Notes under the pieces: generated by a model
What the model saw: only the letters and a program-made list of their open reading frames with translations
Told to the model about the DNA's origin: nothing
Databases searched by the model: none
Position numbers and translations under genes: made by a program
Assembly: GCF_009914755.1 (NCBI RefSeq)
Contig: NC_060928.1
Direction: 5' to 3' (one strand)
From: the human T2T-CHM13v2.0 reference genome, Homo sapiens
Length of the DNA stretch: 64,000 bases
Shown here: positions 43,893 to 57,062 of the stretch, in pieces
Layout of the letters: each line of letters begins with the position of its first letter
Position numbering within the stretch: the first letter of the stretch is position 1

Positions 43893-44769
43893 CTGCAATG
43901 GCAAGCAGCAAATTATAAAATAAATAAATAAAAATAAAAAAGAAACAAGAGAAAAAGAATAGTTATCAAAAAGGAACACACTGTTTTCAAGTTACAGAAA
44001 TGTCTTTCAATAAACCTGTTCATTTTCATTGCAAGTCAATGGTTACTATAACAATTTAACTATTTTTGGTTGCCACTTCTCCTAAATATTACAATGCAAT
44101 ATTTTCAATTACAATTCAGTGCATAATATAACATGCAGATAATTACCTAAAGCTAATAAGCTATAAAGTATCTTACCAGTTTCCAATTATACAACTTCAT
44201 TGTCCCCTAGTACAACAATAAGTGGAACTATTAATTTAGCAGGGAAAATACCAAGTGATTCTGCAGTGGCCCATGGAGTGTAAATATGCTTTATGCAAAT
44301 CATTCTCTTGCTAATCGAATATCTAAGAAGTTCATCAAAATGCAATCTAGAGGTTGAAAAGAATGCACACCTAATTAAGTCCTGCCTAAAGTTTAATTCT
44401 TTAATATGGAAAAGAATCAATGCAATATATTTACGATATACTTAGTAAATATGACAGTACAGCACAAATGTAGGGCAACGTATACTGAAAAGAATTTTTA
44501 AAAGTAAGGCCAAATAGACTATGTCTATTTACCGTTTTTACCACTCTAAAAGCCTTATAAAATTCCTCATTAATATCATATTTTATTATAAATTAAAAAG
44601 ATATCACTGTTGAAATTAACATACTGTTGTCACTATGGTAACCTGCCAAAAGAGAGTAGCACATCATGGTGAAGCTGTAACATTTCCAAGCTCTAAACTG
44701 TTAGACCCACTCAAGTCAGTTAATTGGAAAGCTACAGAAGTTACAGAATTCAAAAGGGGTCAGCAGAGA

Positions 44770-45252
44770 TTCTTTCTCTTTGTATCAATGTAAGGGGTAT
44801 AAATGCGGTTTTGCTACATGAATATCACATAGTGGTGAAGTCTCAGCTTGTAGTGTAACCATCACCTGAATAGCGTACATTGTTCCCATTAAGTAATTTC
44901 TCAGCTTTCACCCCTCACACCGTCCCACCCTTCCAAGTATCTCGTGTATTATTTCATACTCTATGTCAATGTGTACACATTATTTAGCTCCTACTTACAA
45001 GTGAGAACATGAGGTATTTGACTTTCTCTTTCTGAGTTGTTTCACTTAAAATAATGGCCTTCAGTTCCACCCACGTTGAGGCAAAAGACATAATTTCATT
45101 CCCTTTTATGGCTGAATAGTATTTCATTTCCTTTATCCAATCAACTGTTGATGGGCAGTTAGATTAAATCTAATATATTTACGGTTCTGAATAGTGCTGT
45201 GATAAACATATGAGTGCAATTATCAGTTTTATATAATGACTTATCTTCCTTT
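44770..45252 (-). mobile_element. L1PB-type 3' fragment
   Basis: gttttgctacatg..atagtggtgaagtc..gtaaccatcacctgaatagcgtacattg..acaagtgagaacatgaggtatttg. Confidence 0.85.
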
Positions 45253-45879
45253 TTTGAATCTTCTTTCTAGCCTCTTTTTTAGTGTCTCCACTGTATAAGG
45301 AAGAAAATGTAGCACTGACTTCAATCATAGAAATAAATGCAATCCTTTAATTTATTTATGAAAATTTTAAATTAAGTTTCAGAAGTTTTTTTAATGTGAC
45401 TAACAGTTAATCACTACCTTCTGTAATTGCACCCCACCAATTTCAAATTTTTTAAAAAATGAAACAAAAAGAAAAAAATGACATCACTGTAGTTGATATA
45501 TTTATGTCCAGATAGGGTTATATTAAGAGGAGGGCAAATTATAGCAATCTATACACATAGATTTTCCACTAAATTATCTAGGATTAGATTAAGAAAGGAT
45601 AATGCTACTGGATAATTAATAAACACTGATTATGTATTGTCTTTAAAATATTTTTAAATACAATTATAGCATGATACAATTCTTGGAAAATTAGACTTTC
45701 AAATTAAATTACTCCACTAAATGTCTCAAAACTTGAGCTGAGCAACGTAACATACTCATTTAATATCTTTTATTTTTAAAAATGTATCTTACTATTTGAG
45801 GATGATGACTATGATTCATTCCAAGCATGGGGAGGAATTGGGCAGCTACAGTTTTAGGCCTCTCCTGAAGCAGAACAGA

Positions 45880-46130
45880 AAGCTAGACATGCACACGTGA
45901 GTGATGGATTTGGAGACGGGCAAACCAGAATTTTAAGTCTGGCTCTACCACTTATTAGCTGCATCACTTTAGAAAAGATGATGGCCTAGACTATCCTCAG
46001 AGTCCTGTGATGAAAGTTGGAAAAATAATATCTACCTATTTGAGGGGGAGATATTGGGATTAGTTATCAAATGTGTAAAATGCCAGCACAGTATCTGGAA
46101 TAAAGGAGGTGCTAAATCTTAATAGCTACT
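45880..46130 (+). mobile_element. MIR
   Basis: ctggctctaccacttattagctgcatcactttag..taatatctacct..tgtaaaatgccagcacagtatctgg. Confidence 0.65.
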
Positions 46131-47453
46131 CATAAGGGTCAAGTTTATGTCTGTCAGTGTCTTTGGGCAACACCACGGACAAGCTGTCATTACTGCTCAC
46201 CAAATCCTTTGTTTTTCTGATTTCTTACAAACAGCCATAAACTCCTCCTCCTCCTATTTTCAAATCCAATGCCCTCTCCAAAAAAAAAAAAAAAAAAGTC
46301 AAACGCAGCAAATTTTTAAATACCTACATTTATTGCTATAGTAAATGCAAGAAGAAAAAATGTTTTTGCTGTCATCTCAGACTGTACTGACATGGTACAG
46401 CTACCAGTGGCAACACCCAAAAGGATGTGGCCAAGTTTTTATTGTTAATAGTGAGTCCATTCATGTAAACATCACAGAGCCCAAGAAGGTGGAAACCGTG
46501 TAGAACTGACATTGTTAGCACTGAAGTCAGATGATGTCAAAGCAGCATGTTTCACATAGCACATAGTGTTTGCAACACTGAACACCTGCAGAGATGAGCA
46601 GGAATTAGGGGAATGTATATTTAAAAAGAATATAATTTTAAAATCTAACCTCAACCACATTTAATGATCTTCCTTCAGAATAATATGGTCAAGCTTGGTT
46701 CGTTTGGGACCACAGCTATATAAAAATCTATAATCACAATTGTAAAACATGAACTTGGTTTTCCTGGTTATGTCAAGGGCAATCTCGAAGCCTGGCCACT
46801 GTGGGGATCAGACATATATATGATGGAAATGCAAAGTAGTCCCACTACTAACCCATTTTTAGACATATTCTTTGTGTTCTCACATCACTAGACTTGTTTT
46901 CTTTAAATTAAAACAAACAAACAAAAAAACAAAAAAATAGTTTCACCTCATTAAATCTTAGGAATTTTGCCAGGATGAGAAATAAAAGTATTTTCACATA
47001 AGTGTTCATTCAGGCGCAATTTCTTTTGTTTCAAAACATTTGTGTGAATATTGGTTGTTCTCAGGCTTCAATTTATATCCAAAATAAGCCAACCAGGGAT
47101 TTAGAAAACAACTACAAGAGTTGCCCTCAATTGGAGAAATTCTGGGTTTAAACGACTGAAACCAATCCTGAATGTTTCAAGAGGCAAAGTTGGATTATTG
47201 TCACATATGTTCAAAAACTTATGGAGTGAGTTACAGACACCATTAGAATTTAATATTAAACCACTGCCTACTTCTTGTACTTACAGAAATAATAACTATA
47301 AGTTTTCCACAAAATAAAGTCTACATAAAAATTGGGTTTATGTGTTTTATTGTTTAAACTGTCTTTTTCCTTGTGGTTTTAATGTTGCATTTTTTCTCTA
47401 ATTTTAAATAAAATATATGTGCACTTTATTGAGCACACCTATGTATTGTAGAG

Positions 47454-47680
47454 CATAGTTTCTCAGCCTTGGCATTATTGATATTTTGAGCCAGATAATT
47501 CTTTGTTGTGTTAGGGGTAGGGAGACTATTGTGTGCATTGCTCGCTATTTAGTACCATCCTCTGCTTCTACTCATGAGATACCGGTGGGTATACTACTAC
47601 AAGGTGTGACAAAAGGGAAGTGTAACAAGTTATTGCCAAATATCCTCTGGAAGAAAAATTCACTCATTTGAATACAGCTG
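47454..47680. mobile_element. MER20 (hAT-Charlie MITE)
   Basis: gtttctcagccttggcattattgatattttgagccagataattctttgttgtg..tgtgtgcattg..attgccaaatatcctctgg. Confidence 0.8.
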
Positions 47681-49444
47681 ATGTAGAGTTGTTGGTAAAT
47701 AAAGACAAATGAATCAAAATATCTTACAACAAAGTACTGCTACTAGTAACAGATTTTCTCCACAAATATAATATTGAAAGTATATTAAACATTCAATTTT
47801 AAATGCAGATTTTTGTGTAATATTTTATTAAGAACACTTTACAACTGTATGGGTTTTTTTCTCCAAAATATTTAATGGCTATATAATACTCTTTGGTATC
47901 GACTTACTGTCATTTATATAACTATGCTGTCATATGTCCATGCTCTATGCCTTTATATTACTTATCATATTTAGCTATAATAAATAACATACAAATATAT
48001 CTGACTAAATTTCTATTTTCTTATAAATACAGAATATAACTATAAGTTCAGAAAGGTGATCAGTGTAAATAAACACCACACCCAGTATGGAGAAGCTAGT
48101 TTCCTGTTCCAATAACTGGTTACAACTAGGCTTTGTACAGGTGAGGTGGGTCGGAAGGATAAGCTTACACGGAAAGGTCAACTGTTTGGTTCATTTGTGT
48201 CCACACAGCTACATCTGTACTGATAAACTCTCCCATTGTCTGAAGGAATAATTTGGATTGGCACAGAACTAGGTCAGAGATTGCTTAAGCATCCTCACAG
48301 AGTTTGATACAGAATCAGTTGGGAATAGGAGATCTTGATGCCCAAAAGCTCCATAAATGCCTACCGATGAACATAAAAAGAGTAATACTCAGGCATTATG
48401 TTAGCCATTATTAAGCCATTTAAGTCATCCCAGTGGCTATGAAGAGTGGTTTCGGCAATAAAATCTTACTAAAATCTATGTTTAAAAAAAGTTTACAAAG
48501 CACCACACTTTTAAATATTACTAAACAGAGACACTATTGAAGTCTACTGAACACAATTTTGTTGTATATTTTCACAACTATTTTGCAATTTACGTTAACT
48601 GCTATAAAAAGATCACATCATTATAAAGTGAGACACAGAGGATAATGCTTTTGAAGACACACTTCAAATATGAAATGAATGTCAAAGTGATGATTATCAA
48701 TGGTAACTATTTTTGTTACTCTATGCCCATATTCTAAGCAAATATGACAGTCCAGTTCTGGGTGGGGTATAGAATATTCTGGTCAATCTATATGAAAAGA
48801 GTTTAGCTGATAATATTCCTATAGCATTTCACTTTCTTACCTGAAGTCTGATGTCAAACTATCCAGGATTTCATATAAGACCTCTGTATAGAGTCATCCA
48901 ATTGAAATACATAAAAACCAACATTAGATTCAGCTATGGTACTGCCAACTATATTTACTGACACTTTATTATTAAAATGAACATCTTAGCAATATTCTCC
49001 CTTAAAGTAATAGCATCAATGCTATACTACACCCAAAAAGGAGACAGGCTTTTACAATAGTACTGTCTTACTTTTTTCTTTTTAATTCACAGGGTCCCAA
49101 TTGATGTTACATTGTTTACTCTAAGGCATTCAGAATTACATTTTATTATGTTAATACTTATTAGTTGTATTTCATTAATGTATCACTGTTTAAAATGTTT
49201 AAAATGTCATTTTTCTTCTTGTCCCCAAAATGAATACCTCACTGTTTAATGAGTGATCTTGTTCACATAACAATTGGCTCCAATTTCAATTAAATTAGGA
49301 TGAAAAAATAAAAATTTAATAAAATGCTAAAAATAATTATGAAGATCTAAGGATGAATTTGTCCTGGAACAAATTTTCAAATTTTAGCTTAACAGTTTCA
49401 ATTAATATATTAGAATGAAAAATAAATATCAAAGAAAGCAAACA

Positions 49445-49680
49445 GTAAGGAATAATAGAACATCAGGGAAAAGACCAAGCTTTTAGAAGAAGAAAAGTCT
49501 AAACTTGAACCCTATATCTACCATTTACTCTGATATTTCAACTCTGACTTCCAATTTTATTTTCTGAAAATTGAAACTAATAATAATGTTGTTAAGCTTT
49601 GTAAATATTAATGTATACAAACTATTAATATAGTTCTAGTTCATAATATGCCTTTAAAAATGGCACTAATTATTTTTATA
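49445..49680 (+). mobile_element. MIR (diverged)
   Basis: cttgaaccctatatctaccatttact..ttttctgaaaattgaaactaataataat. Confidence 0.45.
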
Positions 49681-50283
49681 GCCAGGAAAACATTCTAGTA
49701 ATTGTCATCAATCATTATGCTACAAATGAATATATTTATTAAATTATATCATGTAAAAATAAAAATTTTGAATAAAATATATGGTATATTTTAGGAAGAT
49801 TATAATATATGGAATAGGTGGTTAGAAAGCAGATTTTTGATCATTCCATTGTGACCCCTGACCCTTGACTTCTGATGCCAAATGCATATAAATTATGACC
49901 TTATTAATCTTCCAGTGTCATATCAGACTTATGATTTTATTTTTTTCAACTGTTCCAGTAAATATTTATTGTGCTCCAGTAGATTCTACAGAAAAAGAAA
50001 ATTGAGTGGTACACAGCTTGTGACTTCAAGGAGCTCAGAATCTAATGTGAAAGCCAGATGCATTCAGAATGGACTAAGTATGTAAAGAGAAACCTATTCA
50101 AAGCATGATGGGAGCAAGAAGAGAAAACAAATAAATCTGAAATGTTGCTAGTGAGAAGTCTTCATGGTGAACCTAACTTATAAACATGTTGATATAGGAC
50201 ATAGGAACCCAAAAATTTAATTTCCCAAGGTATCTGAAGTATCACCTAGTTCTTCCTAGAGATAAAGAATCCAAAGCTTCTGT

Positions 50284-50795
50284 TGTATAGGCATAGATGA
50301 TCTCCAAAGATGGCCTTTATCAATGGCTTTCCTCACTGCATATTCATCCTGCTACTTACTCATAACAAAAGATGAATTTTCATCCTCCTCCCTTTGAATA
50401 GCATATGGTTTTATGACTTGCGTGACTAATAATATGTGGCAGAATGGCATTCAGGACATTCTCGTGCTAGTTCATGAGAAACCTTTCAGCCAACCACCAT
50501 AAGAGAAACCCAAGCCACATAGAGAAGCCATTTGTCTATATCCCCAGCAGGGCTACCAGATGACATCCAAAATCAATTGCCAACCATGTGAGAGAACCAT
50601 TTTGAACTTTTAACTGACTCAAAACTCAGCATCCATTTTACTGCCATCACTTTAGAGACTCAAAGTGAGAAGCAGCCAGCTAGGAAAGTCAGAACATGAT
50701 ATCATAAGATAAAAATAATAAACTGTGGTTTTAAGCCACTACATTTTGGGCTGGTTCGTAGCGGGCGGGTTTGTTGCAGAACAACGACTAGATGG
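50284..50795 (+). mobile_element. MLT1 (F/G/H-like) LTR
   Basis: caaagatggcc..ctccctttgaat..tatgacttg..aatatgtggcagaa..caaccatgtgagagaaccattttg..gttttaagccactacattttggg. Confidence 0.75.
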
Positions 50796-52480
50796 AAGGT
50801 CTCCAGGCCATACAATTAGTCAATGGTTAAGATGAAAAAAAATATACAAGATCTTGAGTCAGGTCAAGCATGTCTTTCATAACAGTGCATCTTCGGATAC
50901 ACAGATACAGAACCTCCAAACAATCCCTTGTTCACAGGATTTTGCTGTAATTAATCACGCAAATCCTTCCAATGTCATTCCCCTACTGAGTACCTGATGC
51001 TAAATGCTGGCTTTAGCCTTAGAAAATGGTTATGTAACCCTGTAGAAGAATCTTAGAGAAAATCCTGAGGAATCATGTAGCAACTTGGCTCTGCATATGA
51101 ATGTTAATCTGTATTCCATCCATATTTCTCTGAGTTTTTCCTTCTTACCCACTGGCTTGTTTTCCCTTCTGGATTTTTCATTCATTCCCTACTGCTCATC
51201 AGTTATTCTGAATCCAAACTTACTTTCCTGACTAACTCCCCAATCTTGACCCACTGGTTTCTATTAAGTCTCGCTTGAAAGCAACAACCATCACTGTTGA
51301 ATTATTTTTTCCACAAGCCAGTAAGTGGAAAAATAGGTCCTAGTCTCAAATTCCACCCAAATAGAACATAATTACAAACACAACAAAAATTACAGAAAGT
51401 ATTTTGGGCCCCTAGTCTTCTCCAGGAAAGAAAAGATTGGGCCAGAAGTCCCACACTGAAAGATCCTACTTTTTCCCAAGGAGTAGGTCAACCAGCCAAA
51501 TATTTATAGTTGTGGGAAGCATAAATGGCAGGGAGACCCCTGATTTTTAACCTTTCTACAACCATTTTATTTTCATTCAAATCTCCATAATCAAAGCAAA
51601 GTTTAATATGCTATTGTTCCACTTATTGACAAATACTTTGTTAATCTTTATATATCTATACAGAAATATAAATAATATAATGATTTTGTAACTCTATGCT
51701 AAGGAGTTGGGAGGGAAATTTTCTATGATTTCTGTATTACGTGATTATAATCTCCCAAACCCTCTCAAACCAAACTTTAGAATTTTCCTATTATAATTAA
51801 CTTTTATTGCTTCCTGTATTTTGATAGCTTGGATAAATCATAAGGTATTGCTAGTTCTAAAGCTAAAAAATAGCAATGGCAATCTGTTTTATTCTGAAAT
51901 AGGTTATATATTATGGCATATATATGATCTCATTTACACATCTCATCTTATTAGGGGAAGAATGGCTAGCATAACAGTTAAGCCAATAAATTTCACAAAA
52001 GAGGAAACTTTCCTGTGTAGAAATACTTAATACATGATTTGATCACAAAATAGATTAGGTAAAGCTTTGTCTGGGTATAAAGGAATTATCTATATGAGAC
52101 AAACTATCTGCTTCAAGCCCCCAAGTGTCACATTTATTACCCAGGTAGCACTCATTTTCCATGTTGTGTCTTAGAATCCTGAAAGAATTCATTTATAACA
52201 CTTTGGTGAGCCTTTTATTTTTTACAGAGCATTTTATGCCCCCTGACTTACCACAGATTAAAAACATAAATAAAATAAATAGTGTCAAAAGGACAGTGCC
52301 ATTGGGACAATTCCTCATTTGTCTCTGAAAGTCTCTGAAAATTGAGGTTAGAATCCCTCTGAATATATAGAGACTGTGTACTGGTTAGTTTTAAATTGAT
52401 ATGCAAAACTTATAATTCATTTATGTCAGAGAAAGACACAAAGAAATACTTTGCCTCAATAAATAAATTAAGAACCTTTT

Positions 52481-53181
52481 GTTTGTTTTATTATACTTTA
52501 AGTTCTAAGGTACATGTGCACAACGTGCAGGTTTGTTACATAGGTATACATGTGCCATGTTGGTTTGCTGCACCCATCAACTCGTCGTCTACATTAGGTG
52601 TTTCTCCTAATGCTATCCCTCCCCTAGCCCCCCACCCCCTGACAGGCACCGGTGTGTGATGTTCCCCACCCTGTGTTCATGTGTTCTCATTGTTCAATTC
52701 CCACCTATGAGTGAGAACATGCGGTGCTTGGTTTTCTGTCCTTCTGATAGTTTGCTGAGAATGATGGTTTCCAGTTTCATCCATGTCCCTGCAAAGGACA
52801 TGAACTCATCTTGTTTTATGGCTGCATAGTATTCCATGGTGTATATGTGCCACATTTTCTTAATCCAGTTGGGTTGGTCCCAAGTCTTTGATATTGTGAA
52901 TAGTGCCGCAATAAACATAGGTGTGCATGTGTCTTTATAGTAGCATGATTTATAATCCTTTGGATATATACCCAGTAATGGGATCGCTGGGTCAAATGGT
53001 ATTTCTAGTTCTAGATCCCTGAGGAATAGCCACACTGTCTTCCACAATGGTTGAACTAATTTACACTCCCACCAACAGTGTAAAGGGGTTCCTATTTCTC
53101 CACATCCTCTCCAGCATCTGTTGTTTCCTGACTTTTTAATGATCGCCATTCTAACTGGTGTGAGATGGTATCTCATTGTGG
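52481..53181 (-). mobile_element. L1PA (approx. PA6-PA7) 3' ~700 bp, 5'-truncated
   Basis: ORF2 C-terminal 160 aa (52694-53176) with an 18-nt in-frame deletion; 3' UTR; TSD TAAGAAC(C)TTTT at 52469-52480 and 53182-53192. Confidence 0.95.
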
Positions 53182-53254
53182 TAAGAACTTTTAAATATTA
53201 AGAATTTTCATTGTAACTATAAAGACATTAACACATGTAAAAACATTTAATAAA

Positions 53255-53485
53255 AATAGTGGCTTGAATTTATTACTCACTCACCCTGTACCAGGAACTG
53301 TTCTGAACACTTTACTCTCAATATCTGCAAGAGGTAAGTGATTCTATCACTCCCATTGTACAGATGGGAAAGTGAAGCAAAGAGAGATTACATGATCTGC
53401 TAAAGTTTACACAACTATTTAGAAGTACTCTTGAAATTAGAACCCCAGAAGTATAGCCCCAAAGCCTTCATTTGAAACCATTCCA
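53255..53485 (-). mobile_element. MIR
   Basis: cccattgtacagatgggaaagtgaagcaaagagagatta..aagtttacacaacta core. Confidence 0.75.
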
Positions 53486-53491
53486 GCATAC

Positions 53492-53685
53492 CACAGGTCA
53501 GCAGCCATGATGGCCTATGGGCCAGGCCCACAAGTTGTTTTTGTAAATAAAGTTTTATTAGCCACACCCCTTTTTTTTACATGTTATAACTGCTTTAGTG
53601 CTTACCACAGCAGAGTTCAGTAGTTATGACTGAGGCCATAAGGCCCGAAAAGCTTAAAATATTCAGTATCTGGTCTTTTACTACA
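53492..53685. mobile_element. MER58A-like hAT MITE
   Basis: ggcctatgggcca..gtttttgtaaataaagttttatt..cagcagagttcagtagtt..aaaatattcagtatctggtcttttac. Confidence 0.8.
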
Positions 53686-55444
53686 CTATCTTATACCATC
53701 CTATACTTCACCCACAAAAGAAGGCTTAAAAAAATGAGAAAGCAATATTTAATGGAATACTTCTCTATTTCCATGTAGGAAACAATAAATCTTTTGTTGA
53801 GATGGAGAAGACATTTATTGTTCTTAAAGAACATTAATTTTAAGAACGTTAATAGAATTTGCATAATTCTATTCTCAAATCTTAATGTCTCCAAATTTTC
53901 TAAGTACTTTTATTTTTTCTTTTCTGACCATCAGTATCTCATCTAGCTTTGGAGACAATCTACAGATGAATTTATCATATTTTTAGAAAAAGTAATCACG
54001 ATATGTATTCTGAAGCCAAGGAAAATAAGATTATAAAAAGCTTTATGATGTACTATATAGAAAAAATTTTAGACACAGGTTGCAAATATCTATTCCACAT
54101 TTTCATGATCCTCAATTTAAAATGAAAATCAAAGGCTAAATTAAGGTCAAGTGCCTCTAAGTACTAAAAATGTGCTTCTAATCCTAGAATGCTTCTTAGG
54201 TTAGTAAATCAAAACTTTAGATATTGTTTACTGCTTAAGCAAAATAACAATACCAATATTTCCATATTTATTTTGCATTCTTTGTAAAAATTTATGTTTC
54301 CATATGTGCAATAAATATTAATACATTTGTATCATATTAATAATGTAAAAATATTTATGGTATTTCCATAATTTTACATTTGATATTTATAACATTATCT
54401 TAGTGTTCATAATTCATAATTTTAAATCATCTATAATGCTAAATATTGAATATAGTTTATAAGACTGTTTAATTATATCATCAAATATAAATACATACAT
54501 TTATATAACATAAAAATGTTAAATGCATGTCCGTCTGATTAAATATTTTCATATAGAGTCAACAAAAATACAGTGCTGTTCAAAATTTCAACTAAATACT
54601 GTATAAAATAAATAACGGTCATCATAAATGAAAGTAAAATAATAGTTATCTTTTTAAGAAAGTACTATCCTGAAAAATGGTGCATTCATTGTTTCATTAT
54701 TGAGTCAAGAATGTATTTCTGTGCTTTTTTTCCCCTCTAGTAGCAAAAATAAGCTCTTTCATATTGTATACTGGTTAGGTATTAGGGAGGATGTATTTAT
54801 AACTGAACTTTAATTATTTCCCTTTGAGTCCTTTATTGTGATTAATACCTGTGAATACCTTCTTTGAACATATCTGTTTTTAGACACAAACTGAAAGCTG
54901 TTTTGTTCCCACTGAGTTTTGATTTTTGTTTTTAAGATGCTATTTTTAATTTATTTCATTGTTGTTATTTGGTTTCTACATGTATAAATTGAGAATCTGA
55001 TGCATAGTTGCTATTACCTGTAGTAACAGTGTTACATTCATAGTTCATGGCTTCTAAAATCTTTGAACTAAAATATGATTCATTCTTATCTAAAAGATTT
55101 GCTTTGTGACTATTATATCCTTTATTATCTCTTTAAAATTATATAAACATAAGACTTTCAAAACACCCTTTGCACTACTCAAAAATTTAGTATAATGTGT
55201 ATATCTTGGAGTTTGTCCCAATATTTAGTTTTAGATTTCACTTTTTTCAAAACACTAAAATAATACTGCCAAATAATCAACACACTTTCTAAAAAAAAAA
55301 AAAATAGCTAGTTTACTTGAAAGCTAAAACAGAATTATAATAATCAGTAAAGGGTTATGTGGAAGATAGTAGCTAACAACAGTTCCCCAGGAATCCACTT
55401 GAGTTTGCAGTGGCAGTACGTGACTCACCCCCTTTTTCAGTAAA

Positions 55445-55969
55445 GATTTATCACTTGTGTATAGCTACAAAATAAATTATGCCAAAATTTAGCAGCTTAG
55501 AACAACAGACATTTATCTTACACTTTCTGAGTATCAGAAATCTGGGCATGGTTTAGTTGAACGCTGCTGCCTGCAACTCTTCCACGTGGCTGAAACTAAG
55601 GTGTCAACCAAGGCTGCCTACTCTTCTGAAGTCTTGACCAATACTTCACGTATTTGGGGGCAGGATTTGTTCCTTGCTAAGTTTTGAACTGAGGCCTTCA
55701 GTTTCTCACTGGCTCAGTTCAAGTTCCTTGCCACATGGGCCTCTCCACAGGGCAACTCACATTATGGCTTCCCCTACTGTGGGAACTCCAAGAGAGCGTG
55801 AGAGGATGGGTAATATAGAATGTGGTCTTTTTAAAGCTGATTTCAAAATGACATCCTATCGCTATAGCATTGTTTTTGGAGAAGTGAGTCACTAGCCCAA
55901 ATTTGAGCACAAAAGCATGAATACCAGAATGTAGGGATCATGGCAGCCATTTTAGAGGTTCTCTTCCAC
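55445..55969 (-). mobile_element. MLT1 (E/F/G-like) LTR
   Basis: ccaaaatttagcagcttagaacaacagacatttatc..gcatgaataccag..gggatcatggcagccattttagagg..ccaca. Confidence 0.75.
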
Positions 55970-56092
55970 AGAGGGAGGGCGAGGAGTTGCTGGAAAATCT
56001 CTGGAAACTCTTTTTCTCATTTGACAAAACAGTACTTCAGTTTTTCTATTGTCAGGATTTTCAAAGAAAGAGAGGTCAAATCTCACTCATTT

Positions 56093-56306
56093 CCTTTAAA
56101 AAATTTTCATGGATACATAATAGTTATACATAGAGTACGTACAATGTTTTGATACAAATTTACAATGTGTAACGATCAAATCAGGGAAATTGAAATATCC
56201 ATCACCTCAAGCATGTATCATTTTTGGTTTAGGAACATTCCATTTCCACTCTTAGTTATTTTGAAATAAACAATAAGTTACTGTTAACTAAAGTCGCCCT
56301 ACTGTG
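56093..56306 (-). mobile_element. L1MA 3' end fragment
   Basis: ggatacataatag..ttttgatacaa..acaatgtgtaacgatcaaatcaggg..tatccatcacctcaagc; candidate TSD CACTCATTT at 56084-56092 and 56307-56315. Confidence 0.8.
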
Positions 56307-56874
56307 CACTCATTTTGTTTAATTTCAAATTCAGTAAACTTTGTTGTGTATGCCCGTACTATTTGGCAGCACTTCTAAAGCTATTTGTCAGGAGGAACCA
56401 GTTTTATTTTTTTTTTCCAATCGATTATGGAACAAACCTTTTACAAAATACAAGAAAATTAACCACTTAAAAATTGAAATGAAAAAAAGACATGCAAAAT
56501 ACAAAGGCAAATTCATTGCTTTTAGAATTAATCAATATATAATTTTTCCGTCAAGTTGCTGTGAAAGCTTTTCCAATGCTGACACTCAATTTCTGCACCC
56601 ATCCTACTCGGGTTACAGAGCAGCACCAATCTGTGGACCATTCTTTGAGCCACACTGATCTCTATGACATAGAGAAATGCAGTTAGAGATGTGTCTCCCA
56701 GACTTGCTGCCTCAAAGTTTGCAATTTCTGATAAAAATCTACAAATTCAACCAATAATAAAATGTCACATCTCCAAAAGGCTGTGAATATTTCAGTTAAT
56801 TTGATAGCTGGGAAAAGTACACTTAAATCATTTTTGCTTATGGTAAAGGGAGATAAAAACAATAACAATATTTT

Positions 56875-57062
56875 GCTTTTTTCTTTCTGTGTTTTAGAAA
56901 TGAAGTCTTACTGTATGCCCAGGCTGGAATTCAGTAGCATGACCACAGCTCCCTGCAACCTTGACTTCCTGGGATCAAGAAATCTTCCCACCTCAGCCTT
57001 GAAAGTAGCTAGGACTACAAGTGCACACCACCACACCTGGTCAATATTTTACTTCTATTTTG
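56875..57062 (-). mobile_element. AluJ right arm / FRAM-like monomer
   Basis: gcccaggctggaattcagtagcatgaccacagctccctgcaaccttgacttcctggg..cctcagcc..gctaggactaca. Confidence 0.8.

Noticed and set aside
43722-43979. 85-aa minus-strand ORF as the real coding frame
   Set aside because: It runs through intronic pyrimidine tracts. Only the EVE codons are in the true frame; the 46-bp exon is read in a different frame.
44177-48902. Apparent two-exon unitary pseudogene on the minus strand (48841-48902 LYTEVLYEILDSLTSDF joining in phase to 44177-44346 LHFDELLRYS...)
   Set aside because: Both pieces contain in-frame stops, the upstream acceptor reads AA rather than AG, I recognise no protein family, and both lie within a SPOCK3 intron. 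A phase match is expected one time in three.
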